Positions 7,419-17,298 of a DNA stretch of 39,632 nt are shown here, piece by piece. Every line of letters starts with the position of its first letter. Position 1 is the first letter of the stretch. Below the pieces are notes generated by a model. The model made no database searches. It saw only the letters and a list, made by a program, of their open reading frames with translations, and had not been told where the DNA came from. Origin of the DNA: Candidatus Kaiserbacteria bacterium (lineage in GTDB: Bacteria > Patescibacteriota > Minisyncoccia > Phycocordibacterales > UBA2100). The stretch spans positions 1 through 39,632 of the forward strand of contig JAMONA010000023.1 in assembly GCA_027066795.1 (NCBI GenBank), written 5' to 3'. The position numbers and the translations under genes were made by a program.

Positions 7419-9404
7419 ATGTCTGATAACTTAACACCATCACACCTACAAAACCTTAATAGCAGGCAGCTTAAGGCTGTGACTACCACAGAGGGTCCAC
7501 TACTAATAGTTGCTGGTGCTGGAGCAGGGAAGACACGTACTATTACACACCGAATAGTGCACTTAATTAAAAACGGTGTTGCGCCGGAGAACATACTGGC
7601 TGTAACATTTACCAATAAGGCAGCTAAGGAGATGCGCGAGCGTATGCGAGACTTGCTCAATGCAGACACTGAAATCAACAGGCCCATAAATGCCTTAAGT
7701 AGTGGCATGGCAATGCCCTTTATGGCTACATTTCACTCACTCGGAGTACACATCTTAAGAGAAAATGCTGTGGAGCTTGGTATCCCACGCAACTTCACCA
7801 TCTTCGACAGGGCAGACTCCTTAAGGGCTATCAAAAATGCATTGGTAAAGCTAGGTTATGACCCTAAACAATACGAGCCTAAGACTATTCTTGGTATAAT
7901 ATCTAAAGCCAAGGGTAGCAATGTAGGCCGAGAGGAATTCACCGGCTCTGCAAACGGCGGTAGCTACTACGGTGAGATAACTGCAAAATGCTGGCAAGAG
8001 TATGAGAAAGCACTAAAGAAAGAGGGCTCACTGGATTTTGATGACCTGTTAATAAAGACCCATGACTTACTAGCAAATAATACTGATGTTAGAGAAAAGT
8101 ATCAAAAAAGATGGCAGTACATACACATAGACGAGTACCAAGATACAAATGCCGTACAATACGACCTCGTGCGCCTCTTGGTAGGACCTAAGCAAAACAT
8201 ATGTGTCGTAGGAGATGGCGACCAATGTGTATACACGTGGAGGCAGGCCAAGCCAGAGAATATTAATCACTTTGAAAAAGAGTTTGATAATGTGCAGTCA
8301 ATACTTCTTGAGCAAAACTATCGCTCTACAAGTAATATCTTAGCTGCCGCAAATGATATCATCACTAAAAATGTAAACAGAAAAGACAAAAAGTTGTTCA
8401 CAGAGAATGAGGAGGGTTCACTTATTAGTGTCTACGGCGCATACTCAGCTGGAGACGAGGCACGCTACATAGTAGGAGAGTGCGAGAGGTTAATATCTGA
8501 TGAGGGCGTCTCTCCTAGAGAGATAGCCGTGCTCTACCGTGCCAACTTCCAGTCTCGTACACTTGAGGAGCGATTCTTATACTCAGGTACTCCGTACCAA
8601 GTTCTTGGCACCAAATTCTTCGACCGTAAGGAGGTTAAAGATGTGCTCAGCTACCTACGCGCTGCACTTAACCCAAACAGTACTGTAGACGTCACCAGAG
8701 CAGTCAGCACTCCATCGCGTGGTATAGGTAAGATGTCACTTACAAAGATGCTAGACGGTACAGAAGAGTCCCTAAGTCCTGCACTACAAGAAAAGGTACG
8801 TAAATTTAAAAACCTACTTACCGATATAAAACAAACCGCCGCACTATCCAAGCCGTCTGAGACCTTTACCCATATTATCAAAATAAGTGGTATGGAGGCT
8901 AAGTATAAAAATGGTACGGAGGAGGAACGAGAGCGCCTAGAGAACCTTAAAGAGCTTGTCTCACTTGCAACTAAGTACGACGCCAGCGAGCCTATGGAGG
9001 GTATAGAGCACATACTACAAGACGCTGCACTTGCGACAGACCAAGACGAGCTAGCTGAGGACAACAACGCTGTAAAGCTAATGACCGTGCACGCCAGTAA
9101 GGGTCTTGAATTTGACCATGTATTTGTAACAGGGCTTGAGGAGGGGCTCTTTCCCCACGAGAAAATGGGCGACGGTGACGTAGATGAAGAGGAAGAGCGA
9201 CGACTCTTCTACGTGGCCATAACAAGAGCCGGACTAAAGCTATGCCTAACCTATGCAGCTACTCGTACTATATACGGCAGCGAACGAGCAAACATACCAA
9301 GTCACTTCTTAAATGACCTAGACCCTAGATATGTAGAAGATGCAAGGGCATTAGCCAGTGAAGCACAAGGAGAGTCTGGCAAGGTAGACTTAATAGACTT
9401 CTAG
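7419..9404 (+). CDS. uvrD: UvrD/PcrA-family ATP-dependent DNA helicase
   Basis: AGAGAGKTRT Walker A, DEYQDTN, VGDGDQCVYTWRQA, LEQNYRST, TVHASKGLEFDHVF. Confidence 0.93.
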   Translation: MSDNLTPSHLQNLNSRQLKAVTTTEGPLLIVAGAGAGKTRTITHRIVHLIKNGVAPENILAVTFTNKAAKEMRERMRDLLNADTEINRPINALSSGMAMPFMATFHSLGVHILRENAVELGIPRNFTIFDRADSLRAIKNALVKLGYDPKQYEPKTILGIISKAKGSNVGREEFTGSANGGSYYGEITAKCWQEYEKALKKEGSLDFDDLLIKTHDLLANNTDVREKYQKRWQYIHIDEYQDTNAVQYDLVRLLVGPKQNICVVGDGDQCVYTWRQAKPENINHFEKEFDNVQSILLEQNYRSTSNILAAANDIITKNVNRKDKKLFTENEEGSLISVYGAYSAGDEARYIVGECERLISDEGVSPREIAVLYRANFQSRTLEERFLYSGTPYQVLGTKFFDRKEVKDVLSYLRAALNPNSTVDVTRAVSTPSRGIGKMSLTKMLDGTEESLSPALQEKVRKFKNLLTDIKQTAALSKPSETFTHIIKISGMEAKYKNGTEEERERLENLKELVSLATKYDASEPMEGIEHILQDAALATDQDELAEDNNAVKLMTVHASKGLEFDHVFVTGLEEGLFPHEKMGDGDVDEEEERRLFYVAITRAGLKLCLTYAATRTIYGSERANIPSHFLNDLDPRYVEDARALASEAQGESGKVDLIDF

Positions 9405-9420
9405 CTGTACACTTTTACCA

Positions 9421-9846
9421 ATGGAAAGGTTAGTAGAATCACAATCTGTAAAAGATGCTGTCGTAGAGATTGGCGACAATGGTTCAAGTGTCTACTTCCG
9501 TCTTTCTAGAGAAAAGATGGGCGGAGAGCTAGGCTACGCAACGCTACGGCTCCGAAACCTACCCAATAGCCGGACACCTAGATATTATGTAGAAAACCTT
9601 GGTATGCATAAGGAATTTAGTGGGCAAGGACTCGGCTCAAAATTACTCACCGCCATACAAGACTTCCTAGTAGAGCGTGGTGCCGTTGGTTTTTTAACAA
9701 ACACAGCGGGAGCATATAGAGACTTCTACGACATAAAAACTAGAAAAAAGATTATAATGAAAGATATATACAAAAATAACGGATGGGTACAACTAAACAA
9801 CGACACTGGCTACTGGTATTATAATTTAAAACATGATGAGAGCTAA
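9421..9846 (+). CDS. GNAT-family N-acetyltransferase (small)
   Basis: Acetyl-CoA loop-like FSGQGLGSKLLTAIQDFLVERGAVGF. Overlaps the rsmA start by 14 nt. Confidence 0.5.
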   Translation: MERLVESQSVKDAVVEIGDNGSSVYFRLSREKMGGELGYATLRLRNLPNSRTPRYYVENLGMHKEFSGQGLGSKLLTAIQDFLVERGAVGFLTNTAGAYRDFYDIKTRKKIIMKDIYKNNGWVQLNNDTGYWYYNLKHDES

Positions 9847-10621
9847 AAAATCGTTAGGGCAGAACTTCTTAAAAAGTCCTGCTGTGGTGCGCAAGATGGT
9901 AGAGGTCTCAGAAATAGTGAGTACTGACACTGTGCTAGAGATAGGACCAGGCAAGGGAGTACTTACGCAGGTACTGCTAGACACTGGAGCCAAAGTTATT
10001 GGTGTGGAGAAGGACACCGAGCTGATACCTATACTGCAAGACAAGTTTGCTAAGCAGCTAGATGATGGCCAACTCATATTACTCAACCAAGACATCGCGG
10101 ATTTTACAGAGCAACCTGTCGATGGTCTCACTCTATCTGAGTATAAAATCGTGGCAAACATCCCATACTATATTACCGGAGAAATAATAAGAATGTTCTT
10201 AGAGTCAGACCACCAACCAAAGAGTATGACATTGTTAGTGCAAAAGGAGGTAGCACAAAGGATAGTGGCTCATGATGGTAAGGAGAGTATCCTGAGCATG
10301 AGCGTTAAAGTATATGGTAAACCCAGATACGTACAGAAGGTACCTGCAATGCTATTTAGCCCAGCCCCAAAGGTCGACTCCGCAATACTACATATAGGTA
10401 ATGTGTCTAAAGAGTTTTTTATTGAATACGGTATATCTGAAGAACAATTTTTTAAAGCTGTGAAACACGGATTCTCCCAAAAAAGGAAAATGCTTACAAA
10501 TAACCTCAGTATCTCACCTGACGTACTACAAAAACTGTCTATAGATGCAAAAGCAAGGGCTGAGACACTCACTCTTGAGCAGTGGGGGGCTCTATCTAGG
10601 GTACTCACCGATATGGTATAA
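9833..10621 (+). CDS. rsmA: 16S rRNA (adenine1518/1519-N6)-dimethyltransferase
   Basis: KKSLGQNFL start, EIGPGKGVLT SAM motif, NIPYYIT. Confidence 0.92.
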   Translation: MMRAKKSLGQNFLKSPAVVRKMVEVSEIVSTDTVLEIGPGKGVLTQVLLDTGAKVIGVEKDTELIPILQDKFAKQLDDGQLILLNQDIADFTEQPVDGLTLSEYKIVANIPYYITGEIIRMFLESDHQPKSMTLLVQKEVAQRIVAHDGKESILSMSVKVYGKPRYVQKVPAMLFSPAPKVDSAILHIGNVSKEFFIEYGISEEQFFKAVKHGFSQKRKMLTNNLSISPDVLQKLSIDAKARAETLTLEQWGALSRVLTDMV

Positions 10622-10622
10622 T
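10614..10622 (+). promoter_or_regulatory. Consensus extended -10 (TGgTATAAT) embedded in the rsmA stop codon, 6 nt upstream of ATG 10629
   Basis: atgGTATAATactataATG. The same nonamer recurs at 21358-21366. Confidence 0.6.
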
Positions 10623-10628
10623 ACTATA

Positions 10629-10958
10629 ATGGCTCACTTAGCAAAACTTTTACTACTGGTAGCAATTTGTACTACTGTGTCAGCACCACGCGCTGAAGCC
10701 GTTGTAAATTTCGGTGGCTCTATCGGCACCATTATACCTTGTGTTAACACTGTTATATATACAGTACTTGGCCCACCTCGTGGAGGCAAGTACTTATGGA
10801 GTCCAAATGTAACCAAGACATACCCATTCGGCCCACCAAGCCACTCAGGACAATGGCTACTTGGTAACGCCGGCCCTGCTTATTTTTGCTTAGAGAGTGT
10901 ACTCCCGCTTATAGTTCACCCAGGACTACTAATGATAATGATGGGCTCAAGCCAATAA
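10629..10958 (+). CDS. Small secreted protein (109 aa), first gene of the T4SS-like cluster
   Basis: Signal peptide MAHLAKLLLLVAICTTVSAPRAEA. Mature part is G/P-rich with 2 Cys (FGGSIGTIIPC ... GPPRGG ... GQWLLG ... C). The ORF-track start at 10545 lies inside rsmA. Confidence 0.6.
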   Translation: MAHLAKLLLLVAICTTVSAPRAEAVVNFGGSIGTIIPCVNTVIYTVLGPPRGGKYLWSPNVTKTYPFGPPSHSGQWLLGNAGPAYFCLESVLPLIVHPGLLMIMMGSSQ

Positions 10959-10961
10959 CCT

Positions 10962-11813
10962 ATGAGCAGAGGAAGCCTAACATCACTCCTTATACTCTCG
11001 GTCTGTATTATAAGCGCACTGATGCTGGCTGGCCAATATTTGAGTAGTAATACAGAGACTCCTATAATAGAAAGTGCTTTTATAGCTAACAATAGCGCTC
11101 CACAGAGGTATAATGCATTTCAATCTTCAACCCTGACAAATAAAACACCACAGAACACTTTACCAAGCAATAAGCTGCCTGACTGGCAAGACTCTCCAAA
11201 TATAAAGCAAGCTCAATACGTGCCCAGAGTACTAACAGACGAAGCCACCTCTAACAATGACCAAAGAACAGATGTGGAGCATGCACCTTCGCCTCCAACA
11301 ACAAACCTCATTGATATCTGGAGTTGGCTGCCCAGTGCAAAGCCGTCAGTAAAGCAAGAAACTAAAAGCGACCCATTAAAGGACGAAATACATATATATG
11401 GCAACTCGTTTGGTACCTTAGTAAAAAAATTCACTAGCACAGCAGGCGACCAAGTACAAATAATGAGCGACTTCGTAGCAGGTAGGGGCAAACATGGCAA
11501 TACAGATGCTTTAGTAAGGCTTGGCAGCCAATATATAGAGCTTGCCGACTCACTATCTAAGCTTACACCGCCACCAGGATTTAGCTCTACATCCGAGGCA
11601 CTTATCAGGTTATATAAAGAAGTAGGTGAAGCTTCGCTTATGCTTGCTCAAGCCACTACTGACGATACCGCAACAGTATCTCTAATATACTCTTATAATG
11701 ATGTAGTTGGAGAATTCGCCCAAAAGTTTATTACTTTTTCAAGTACCTTTGGTGCATATGGCGTCACCTTCACCAAGGGAGAGGGTGGGGATATATTGAT
11801 GCCCTCTCTGTAA
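10962..11813 (+). CDS. Membrane-anchored extracytoplasmic protein (283 aa), unknown family
   Basis: N-terminal TM SLLILSVCIISALMLAG, then a low-complexity linker and a helical C-terminal domain. Confidence 0.6.
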   Translation: MSRGSLTSLLILSVCIISALMLAGQYLSSNTETPIIESAFIANNSAPQRYNAFQSSTLTNKTPQNTLPSNKLPDWQDSPNIKQAQYVPRVLTDEATSNNDQRTDVEHAPSPPTTNLIDIWSWLPSAKPSVKQETKSDPLKDEIHIYGNSFGTLVKKFTSTAGDQVQIMSDFVAGRGKHGNTDALVRLGSQYIELADSLSKLTPPPGFSSTSEALIRLYKEVGEASLMLAQATTDDTATVSLIYSYNDVVGEFAQKFITFSSTFGAYGVTFTKGEGGDILMPSL

Positions 11814-11819
11814 CAACAG

Positions 11820-11828
11820 TGTTATACT
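11820..11828 (+). promoter_or_regulatory. Extended -10 (TGtTATACT), 7 nt upstream of ATG 11836
   Basis: TGTTATACT-acttgtt-ATG. Confidence 0.5.
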
Positions 11829-11835
11829 ACTTGTT

Positions 11836-12657
11836 ATGAATCAAGGCTTTATATTAAGCAAAAGACTACTGGTTGGAAGTATTTTTGGCATCACAGTGAT
11901 TGGCGGTGCTCTATATATAAACACAAAAAACCATATCTCTAGCAATGCTACGCAACCATCAAGTCAGGTCGCTCAGAACAACAAAATAGACAAACCATAC
12001 TTAAGCACTATGGGGTGGGAGGACTCATTACTGTATGTACCAGCTTCAGATACTACTAAAGTTACTAACACTGACCTAAACGAGACAGAGATACTAACCC
12101 GTAATACGCTCGGTCCATACATAAAACAAAACCAAGACGGAACATACTCTAAAGAGGCGAACACAAGTATAGTAAAAAACGCGACAGCATACATGTTCAT
12201 ACTAGACTATGCTCCACTTACACCAAGTGACATTAAAACTAATACCAAGATTGATAAAAATACCGTACTCGAGTACCGACAAGATTTATACGCCGCGGTT
12301 AAGCCACTTTTTGAACTTGATGAGTACGAGCTTACAACCTATGCAAGAGCCATACAAAATAACTCTAAAGAGGATTTTGACTCGTTACTTACTATAGCAA
12401 GTAAATACAAACAAGCTGGTGATGGCGCCTTGGCCTTAGCTGCACCTAATGATGTATCTGCAGTACACTTAGCTATTATAAATAGTCTGTACAAATTCTC
12501 TGTTATACTTAATGAACTTGCCAAAGGTTATGATGACCCAGCAGCAAGCTTGGCAGGCACAGGCAACTTCACTAAGGCGGAAAATGAATTAGCAGATGCT
12601 TTTAATAAGTTAAAGCTATACTTTATACTTAAAGGAGTAGACAATATAACTATATGA
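11836..12657 (+). CDS. Membrane-anchored extracytoplasmic protein (273 aa), possible paralog of 10962-11813
   Basis: N-terminal TM LLVGSIFGITVIGGALYI. The C-terminal helical domain has similar spacing to the previous gene. Confidence 0.6.
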   Translation: MNQGFILSKRLLVGSIFGITVIGGALYINTKNHISSNATQPSSQVAQNNKIDKPYLSTMGWEDSLLYVPASDTTKVTNTDLNETEILTRNTLGPYIKQNQDGTYSKEANTSIVKNATAYMFILDYAPLTPSDIKTNTKIDKNTVLEYRQDLYAAVKPLFELDEYELTTYARAIQNNSKEDFDSLLTIASKYKQAGDGALALAAPNDVSAVHLAIINSLYKFSVILNELAKGYDDPAASLAGTGNFTKAENELADAFNKLKLYFILKGVDNITI

Positions 12658-14471
12658 TAAAGACACTTATAACAAACCAGATAGTATACATGGTTATATT
12701 AACTGTACTAGCATTTCCAGTATTTACAAATGCTCAGGCAACAGTAAATACTGATAGTATAAGACCTGGGGATATAGAGGCAAGAGAAGCAACCTTACCA
12801 CTAGTAGGCAATAGCTCATCAATACCAGGAGATTTCAGCAATGACGGCCTATACGGCTGTGAGGGGGGCAAGTATGGCTCTGTCGGCTTAGCACATGCAA
12901 GGGGGCCATTTGTACCAGTATCAGAAGAAGCTGTGGCACTTAACACAAACATACTCCTCTATAAAGAGTGCATACTTGATGGGGTAGTAGCCAGGATACG
13001 AGAGACGATGGTAGCCTTTATGGTCAAGAGCACCTTTAACTGGGTTAATCAGACGAATAATGGAGAATCCGCCTTTGTGGCTAACCAAGAGGAGTTCAGG
13101 CAATCTACAGCAGATAATGTTGTAAAAGATAGCCTGGAGGGTAGTAAGACAGCAAACATATGCGAGCCCTTCAGGCAAGACGTACGCACAACACTAGCAA
13201 GAGACTACGCTCGGTCCACACGTAAACCCGAAGACCAATACAAGTGCACCGTGCCAGATAAAGATAAGGATAATTACACAGCGTTCTTAAGAGGCGAAGG
13301 GGTGTTTAACTTAGATACATTCGCGCAAGCCTTGGAGCCACAGAACAACCCACTAACAGTATACGTAATGGCCCAAGAGCAACTGAAGCGCGATATAAAT
13401 AATAAACTTGAAGACGAATATGTAGAGTTAGGTTGGGGAGAGGGTTACAAGTCTCCAAAGGCATGTAAACAAATACCTGCAGGTAATGGTATTTATGAGG
13501 AAAGATGCGAAATAACCACACCTGGGGCTAATATAAAAAATATTATAGACTTCGTCTCTCTTACTGGCCATCGACAGACAGAGAGCGCTGACGAGATAGA
13601 CGAGTTAATGGGCTCTCTTATGAGTAATATACACACACAAATACTCACAAGTGTGGGAGGTCTAAAGGGTATCACTGACTCTATTGGAGGCGCAGCTTCA
13701 TTTGTAGACCAGATAGCGTCAGATGCGTCAGACAAAACAGAAGCAGAATATACACAAGCAGGCATTGGGCTACTCACAAGCGCCATAGCCACTGAGACAG
13801 CCTATGGCGCATCACGGTCGTCCTCTAAAGATAAATTAGAGGAAACAGCAGAGACACTTAAGGCAAGAGAAGGAGCTTGTTGGGACAGGCTCGTGGCACA
13901 AGCCAAGCTCGATCTTATAGAAGAGGCTGTGGCCTTGGCTTGCGCAGACATACGCCCAACTGACTTTGGGGCTAGTACCAATACTGAGTGTACTATTACC
14001 GGATCCGCCGTATCAAGCGATAATACTGAGCCTAACGCAGACAATAATGCTGACGAAAACGACACAACCAGTGACATAGTAATCACGGCAAACGCCGCAG
14101 GCAAGACAGTAACTGCAACTCTAGAGAGGCACAACAATAACTCATTCACCAAGATTGCTCAAAATATATTACCTCTACTACGTGTAGTTAGCCAATCTGT
14201 CACAGACTCAACTAATGCACTGTCCATACTAGCCGGTCTGCAACTCAACCTGTCAACGTCTAACACACCAGGTAATACAAGATTTGTACTTGGCCAAGTA
14301 GACCAACTGGTTAGGGCAGGTAAGTTGCATAAAGAGGCCGACATATACATAGCACAAGAGCAGCACTCTCAGATAACAACAACCATGGACTCTCTAATTG
14401 ACGAGACAACAAGACAGTGGGAGCAAGGTTGGTGCAACCCAGCAAACTGGAGAGACCAGATAAAGCAATAA
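12654..14471 (+). CDS. Large secreted protein (605 aa), unknown family
   Basis: Signal peptide ...MVILTVLAFPVFTNAQA. Scattered Cys. The start overlaps the upstream stop (ATGA), indicating translational coupling. Confidence 0.65.
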   Translation: MIKTLITNQIVYMVILTVLAFPVFTNAQATVNTDSIRPGDIEAREATLPLVGNSSSIPGDFSNDGLYGCEGGKYGSVGLAHARGPFVPVSEEAVALNTNILLYKECILDGVVARIRETMVAFMVKSTFNWVNQTNNGESAFVANQEEFRQSTADNVVKDSLEGSKTANICEPFRQDVRTTLARDYARSTRKPEDQYKCTVPDKDKDNYTAFLRGEGVFNLDTFAQALEPQNNPLTVYVMAQEQLKRDINNKLEDEYVELGWGEGYKSPKACKQIPAGNGIYEERCEITTPGANIKNIIDFVSLTGHRQTESADEIDELMGSLMSNIHTQILTSVGGLKGITDSIGGAASFVDQIASDASDKTEAEYTQAGIGLLTSAIATETAYGASRSSSKDKLEETAETLKAREGACWDRLVAQAKLDLIEEAVALACADIRPTDFGASTNTECTITGSAVSSDNTEPNADNNADENDTTSDIVITANAAGKTVTATLERHNNNSFTKIAQNILPLLRVVSQSVTDSTNALSILAGLQLNLSTSNTPGNTRFVLGQVDQLVRAGKLHKEADIYIAQEQHSQITTTMDSLIDETTRQWEQGWCNPANWRDQIKQ

Positions 14472-14478
14472 CCTCTAT

Positions 14479-17298
14479 ATGAAGTTATCCTTGCTTAAAA
14501 ATAGATTGAGAAGCTACTTAAGACAGTCTTATGGGTATGCCAAACTATGGGCCTCTATATCTTTTGCCTACCTGTTTGTGTTTAGTATAGACATCACATA
14601 TGCTGCCGTAACTGTCTGGACAAAGGGACTAGACATATTAACAGATACAGCCTTAAGTGCCGGTATGGTAGCACTTGCTATATCCATACCAGGCCTACTA
14701 CTCTGGGCCGGCGCAGAGTTATTTAATACAACACTTAGTTATACAGTACTTAACTTCAGTCAGCATATAAGCCCATTTCTAGCAACCTCTAACGGTGGCC
14801 CAGGCGCTATAAAGCTGCTGTGGACTAGTATACGAGATATAGCAAACATACTAATAATTGGCTCTTTTGTATACATAGCAATATCTAAGATATTAAGCCG
14901 CGCTAAAAACTTTAACCATACGATTGTAAACCTACTTGCAGTAGCAATACTTATTAACTTTAGCTTTTTCTTCGCCTTGGTTACTATAGACATATCTAAT
15001 TGGGCGTCTGTACAAATATACAACGCCGTCATACCTAGCGATACACCAGTTGGAACAGGTCTAGCTGAGGTAATTATACACAACATGGGCGGCGTAGAGT
15101 TTACAGGTGGTATGTGGCAAAATATACTAGACGGTTTAAAAAGCACCTTCTCGTCAGGAGGTAAGAGTCTTCTTACTACACTAATCTACATACTTCTAAG
15201 TATGATTATGACACTCTTAGCGGCAATTATGTTCTTTAGGATGTCATTTATGCTTATAGGCCGAGTTGTCGTGCTCTTTATGCTGCTGATAACCTCACCA
15301 TTAGCCTTCGCCGCCATGCTTATACCACCAATTAAGAATTATTGGATATACTGGCGTGACGGCCTTATATACAACTCTATCTTAGCTCCTACACTGCTAC
15401 TTTTGCTCTGGGCCGTCACTGTTATTATGATGACCTTGCATACATCATTATCTGCAGCTATAGGCACAGGCGGTTTAGTACAACAAAGCGGCCAGGTATC
15501 AAATCAGGCAGGACTAGTAGAGACAGCTGTACTCTTCTTCATAGGTATTGGTTTACTATGGGCAGCAATACGCATATCTACAAGCCTATCTACTAAAGTG
15601 GCAGGCTCTATGGGTGGACTAGGTCTTGCTATGAACAAGTTTGCCAATAACCAGCAAGGCAAGATTCTAGGAAAGGGCTTAGGGGGTGCTGGGCGCTATA
15701 TTGGACTTGCAACACTTGGTACTGGATTCGCATCAATGCAGAAAGGTCTCTCAGGCCGAGCTGAATCTTATGACAGTCAGGGTAAAAAAGGTCGTGCTTG
15801 GGCAGCTAGACTTGGTGCGAGCATGATGGCTAAGGGAGAGAAAGCTAATTTCGATATTCGCAACAGCAAGACAGCTCAAGGCCTTGCGTCCAAGGCTGGC
15901 TTAAGCATGGGGGCTGGGCAAACGGGTGGTATTACAGACTTACTTAATAAAAAAGATAAAGCAAAAGCAGCGCAACTTAAGGCCAGTGGTAAGGTTGTAA
16001 GGGACGAAATAGCCAAGGACTTAGCCGCAGCAGGTATCACAGAGTCTCGTAAAGATATGCTGAAGTCTGAGGAGAGAGCAGCCGCAAAAGCACAAGCCAA
16101 CCAAGAGCAGATAGACTCTCTTACAGACACAATGACACAAATGGGCTCTCATGAGAATGCCTTGGGTACAGGAGGAGACCCTGCCCAAGTCTTAGAGCAA
16201 ACACAAGCAAGAGTAGAGAAGCTCAAGAATGGTATAGAGGCAGCTAAGAATTCCAACAACAACGAGCTAGCACAACAAATGGACAGCGAGATGAAGCAGC
16301 AAGAAGCCAAGATAAAAACTGTTAGAAATCTAATAGAAGATAGGGGCGATGGAGAGGGGGCAACACTAGAAAGATTCCGAGACGAAGCAGCTTCCGATAT
16401 TGCATCCATATATAAAGACGGCACTCTAAGCTCTGAAGAAAAGTCTCAAAAAGTTAGTATCGCAAAAGATGCCCTGGTCACCAAGACCAAAAACTATAAA
16501 GATAGACTTTCTAAGTCTCGTACTGCAGCAGCAAGCATGAGCCGTAGAGCAAGCAATAGTGCTTCAACTACACATAATATGATGTTGAACCAACAAAAAG
16601 AGGTTTTGGACCAAAAGGCCGGAATAAAGAAAAACCTAATAGACGAAGAGCGAATCACATCAAAAACCAGAAAGAAGTTTGACGACGTTGCACAACGCCA
16701 CGATGGTATAAAACCAGAACAAGAGCTAAGCGAACAGATAGGACTTATTAATGAGATATCTGAATTAAACCAGAGTCTGGCAAGCCTAGAACATGCTCTA
16801 GAAAAGAGAGACCTAGACCTACAGCGTGCCACTACAGATAGGAATATACTTGCCATAGACACTCTACTGAAATCTATAGACACAATAGAAAGAAATATCT
16901 CCACAACAGCGGCTGCTAAAACCAAGGCAGAAGGTAAGCTAAAATCACAAAAAACTGTGCTAAAAAAAGAGCTTGATGCAAAACGCCGCGAGGTGGCAGC
17001 CAAGAAGGTTGAACTAAGCGAGGCGCAAGGCGCAAGGCGCAAAATCTTGGACAGAGAGTTGGTCAATCTAATTAAATCACTTACCAAACTTAATGAGCAA
17101 GAAGCAAAGTTTAGAGAAAAGACTGAGAAGAATAAGAAAAACCTTGGTAAAACGGATAAAGAACTAGAAGACGAAGAAGAATTAAAGGAGATTGCTAAAA
17201 CACTAGCCACTCTTAAGAAAAATAAAGATGCAAAAGAGAGAAAAGATAAGGAGGCAAAAAAGAAAGCCGAATCTTCTGAAGACGAATCAAAAACTTAA
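14479..17298 (+). CDS. VirB6/TrbL-like polytopic membrane protein with ~550-aa K/E/A-rich coiled-coil C-terminal tail
   Basis: About 8 hydrophobic helices in residues ~20-385, then a long low-complexity helical region (AKAAQLKASGK ... KKELDAKRREVAAKKVELSEAQ ... KERKDKEAKKKAESSEDESKT). Confidence 0.55.
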   Translation: MKLSLLKNRLRSYLRQSYGYAKLWASISFAYLFVFSIDITYAAVTVWTKGLDILTDTALSAGMVALAISIPGLLLWAGAELFNTTLSYTVLNFSQHISPFLATSNGGPGAIKLLWTSIRDIANILIIGSFVYIAISKILSRAKNFNHTIVNLLAVAILINFSFFFALVTIDISNWASVQIYNAVIPSDTPVGTGLAEVIIHNMGGVEFTGGMWQNILDGLKSTFSSGGKSLLTTLIYILLSMIMTLLAAIMFFRMSFMLIGRVVVLFMLLITSPLAFAAMLIPPIKNYWIYWRDGLIYNSILAPTLLLLLWAVTVIMMTLHTSLSAAIGTGGLVQQSGQVSNQAGLVETAVLFFIGIGLLWAAIRISTSLSTKVAGSMGGLGLAMNKFANNQQGKILGKGLGGAGRYIGLATLGTGFASMQKGLSGRAESYDSQGKKGRAWAARLGASMMAKGEKANFDIRNSKTAQGLASKAGLSMGAGQTGGITDLLNKKDKAKAAQLKASGKVVRDEIAKDLAAAGITESRKDMLKSEERAAAKAQANQEQIDSLTDTMTQMGSHENALGTGGDPAQVLEQTQARVEKLKNGIEAAKNSNNNELAQQMDSEMKQQEAKIKTVRNLIEDRGDGEGATLERFRDEAASDIASIYKDGTLSSEEKSQKVSIAKDALVTKTKNYKDRLSKSRTAAASMSRRASNSASTTHNMMLNQQKEVLDQKAGIKKNLIDEERITSKTRKKFDDVAQRHDGIKPEQELSEQIGLINEISELNQSLASLEHALEKRDLDLQRATTDRNILAIDTLLKSIDTIERNISTTAAAKTKAEGKLKSQKTVLKKELDAKRREVAAKKVELSEAQGARRKILDRELVNLIKSLTKLNEQEAKFREKTEKNKKNLGKTDKELEDEEELKEIAKTLATLKKNKDAKERKDKEAKKKAESSEDESKT
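17022..17042 (+). repeat. Tandem heptanucleotide GGCGCAA x3 inside the coiled-coil tail
   Basis: GGCGCAA at 17022-28, 17029-35 and 17036-42. 21 nt in total, encoding AQGARRK in frame. Confidence 0.9.

Noticed and set aside
16494-17210. 238-aa minus-strand ORF (and 17213-17647) opposite the coiled-coil tail
   Set aside because: It is the S/L/F-rich mirror of a K/E/A-rich region. Stop-poor antisense frames are expected there.
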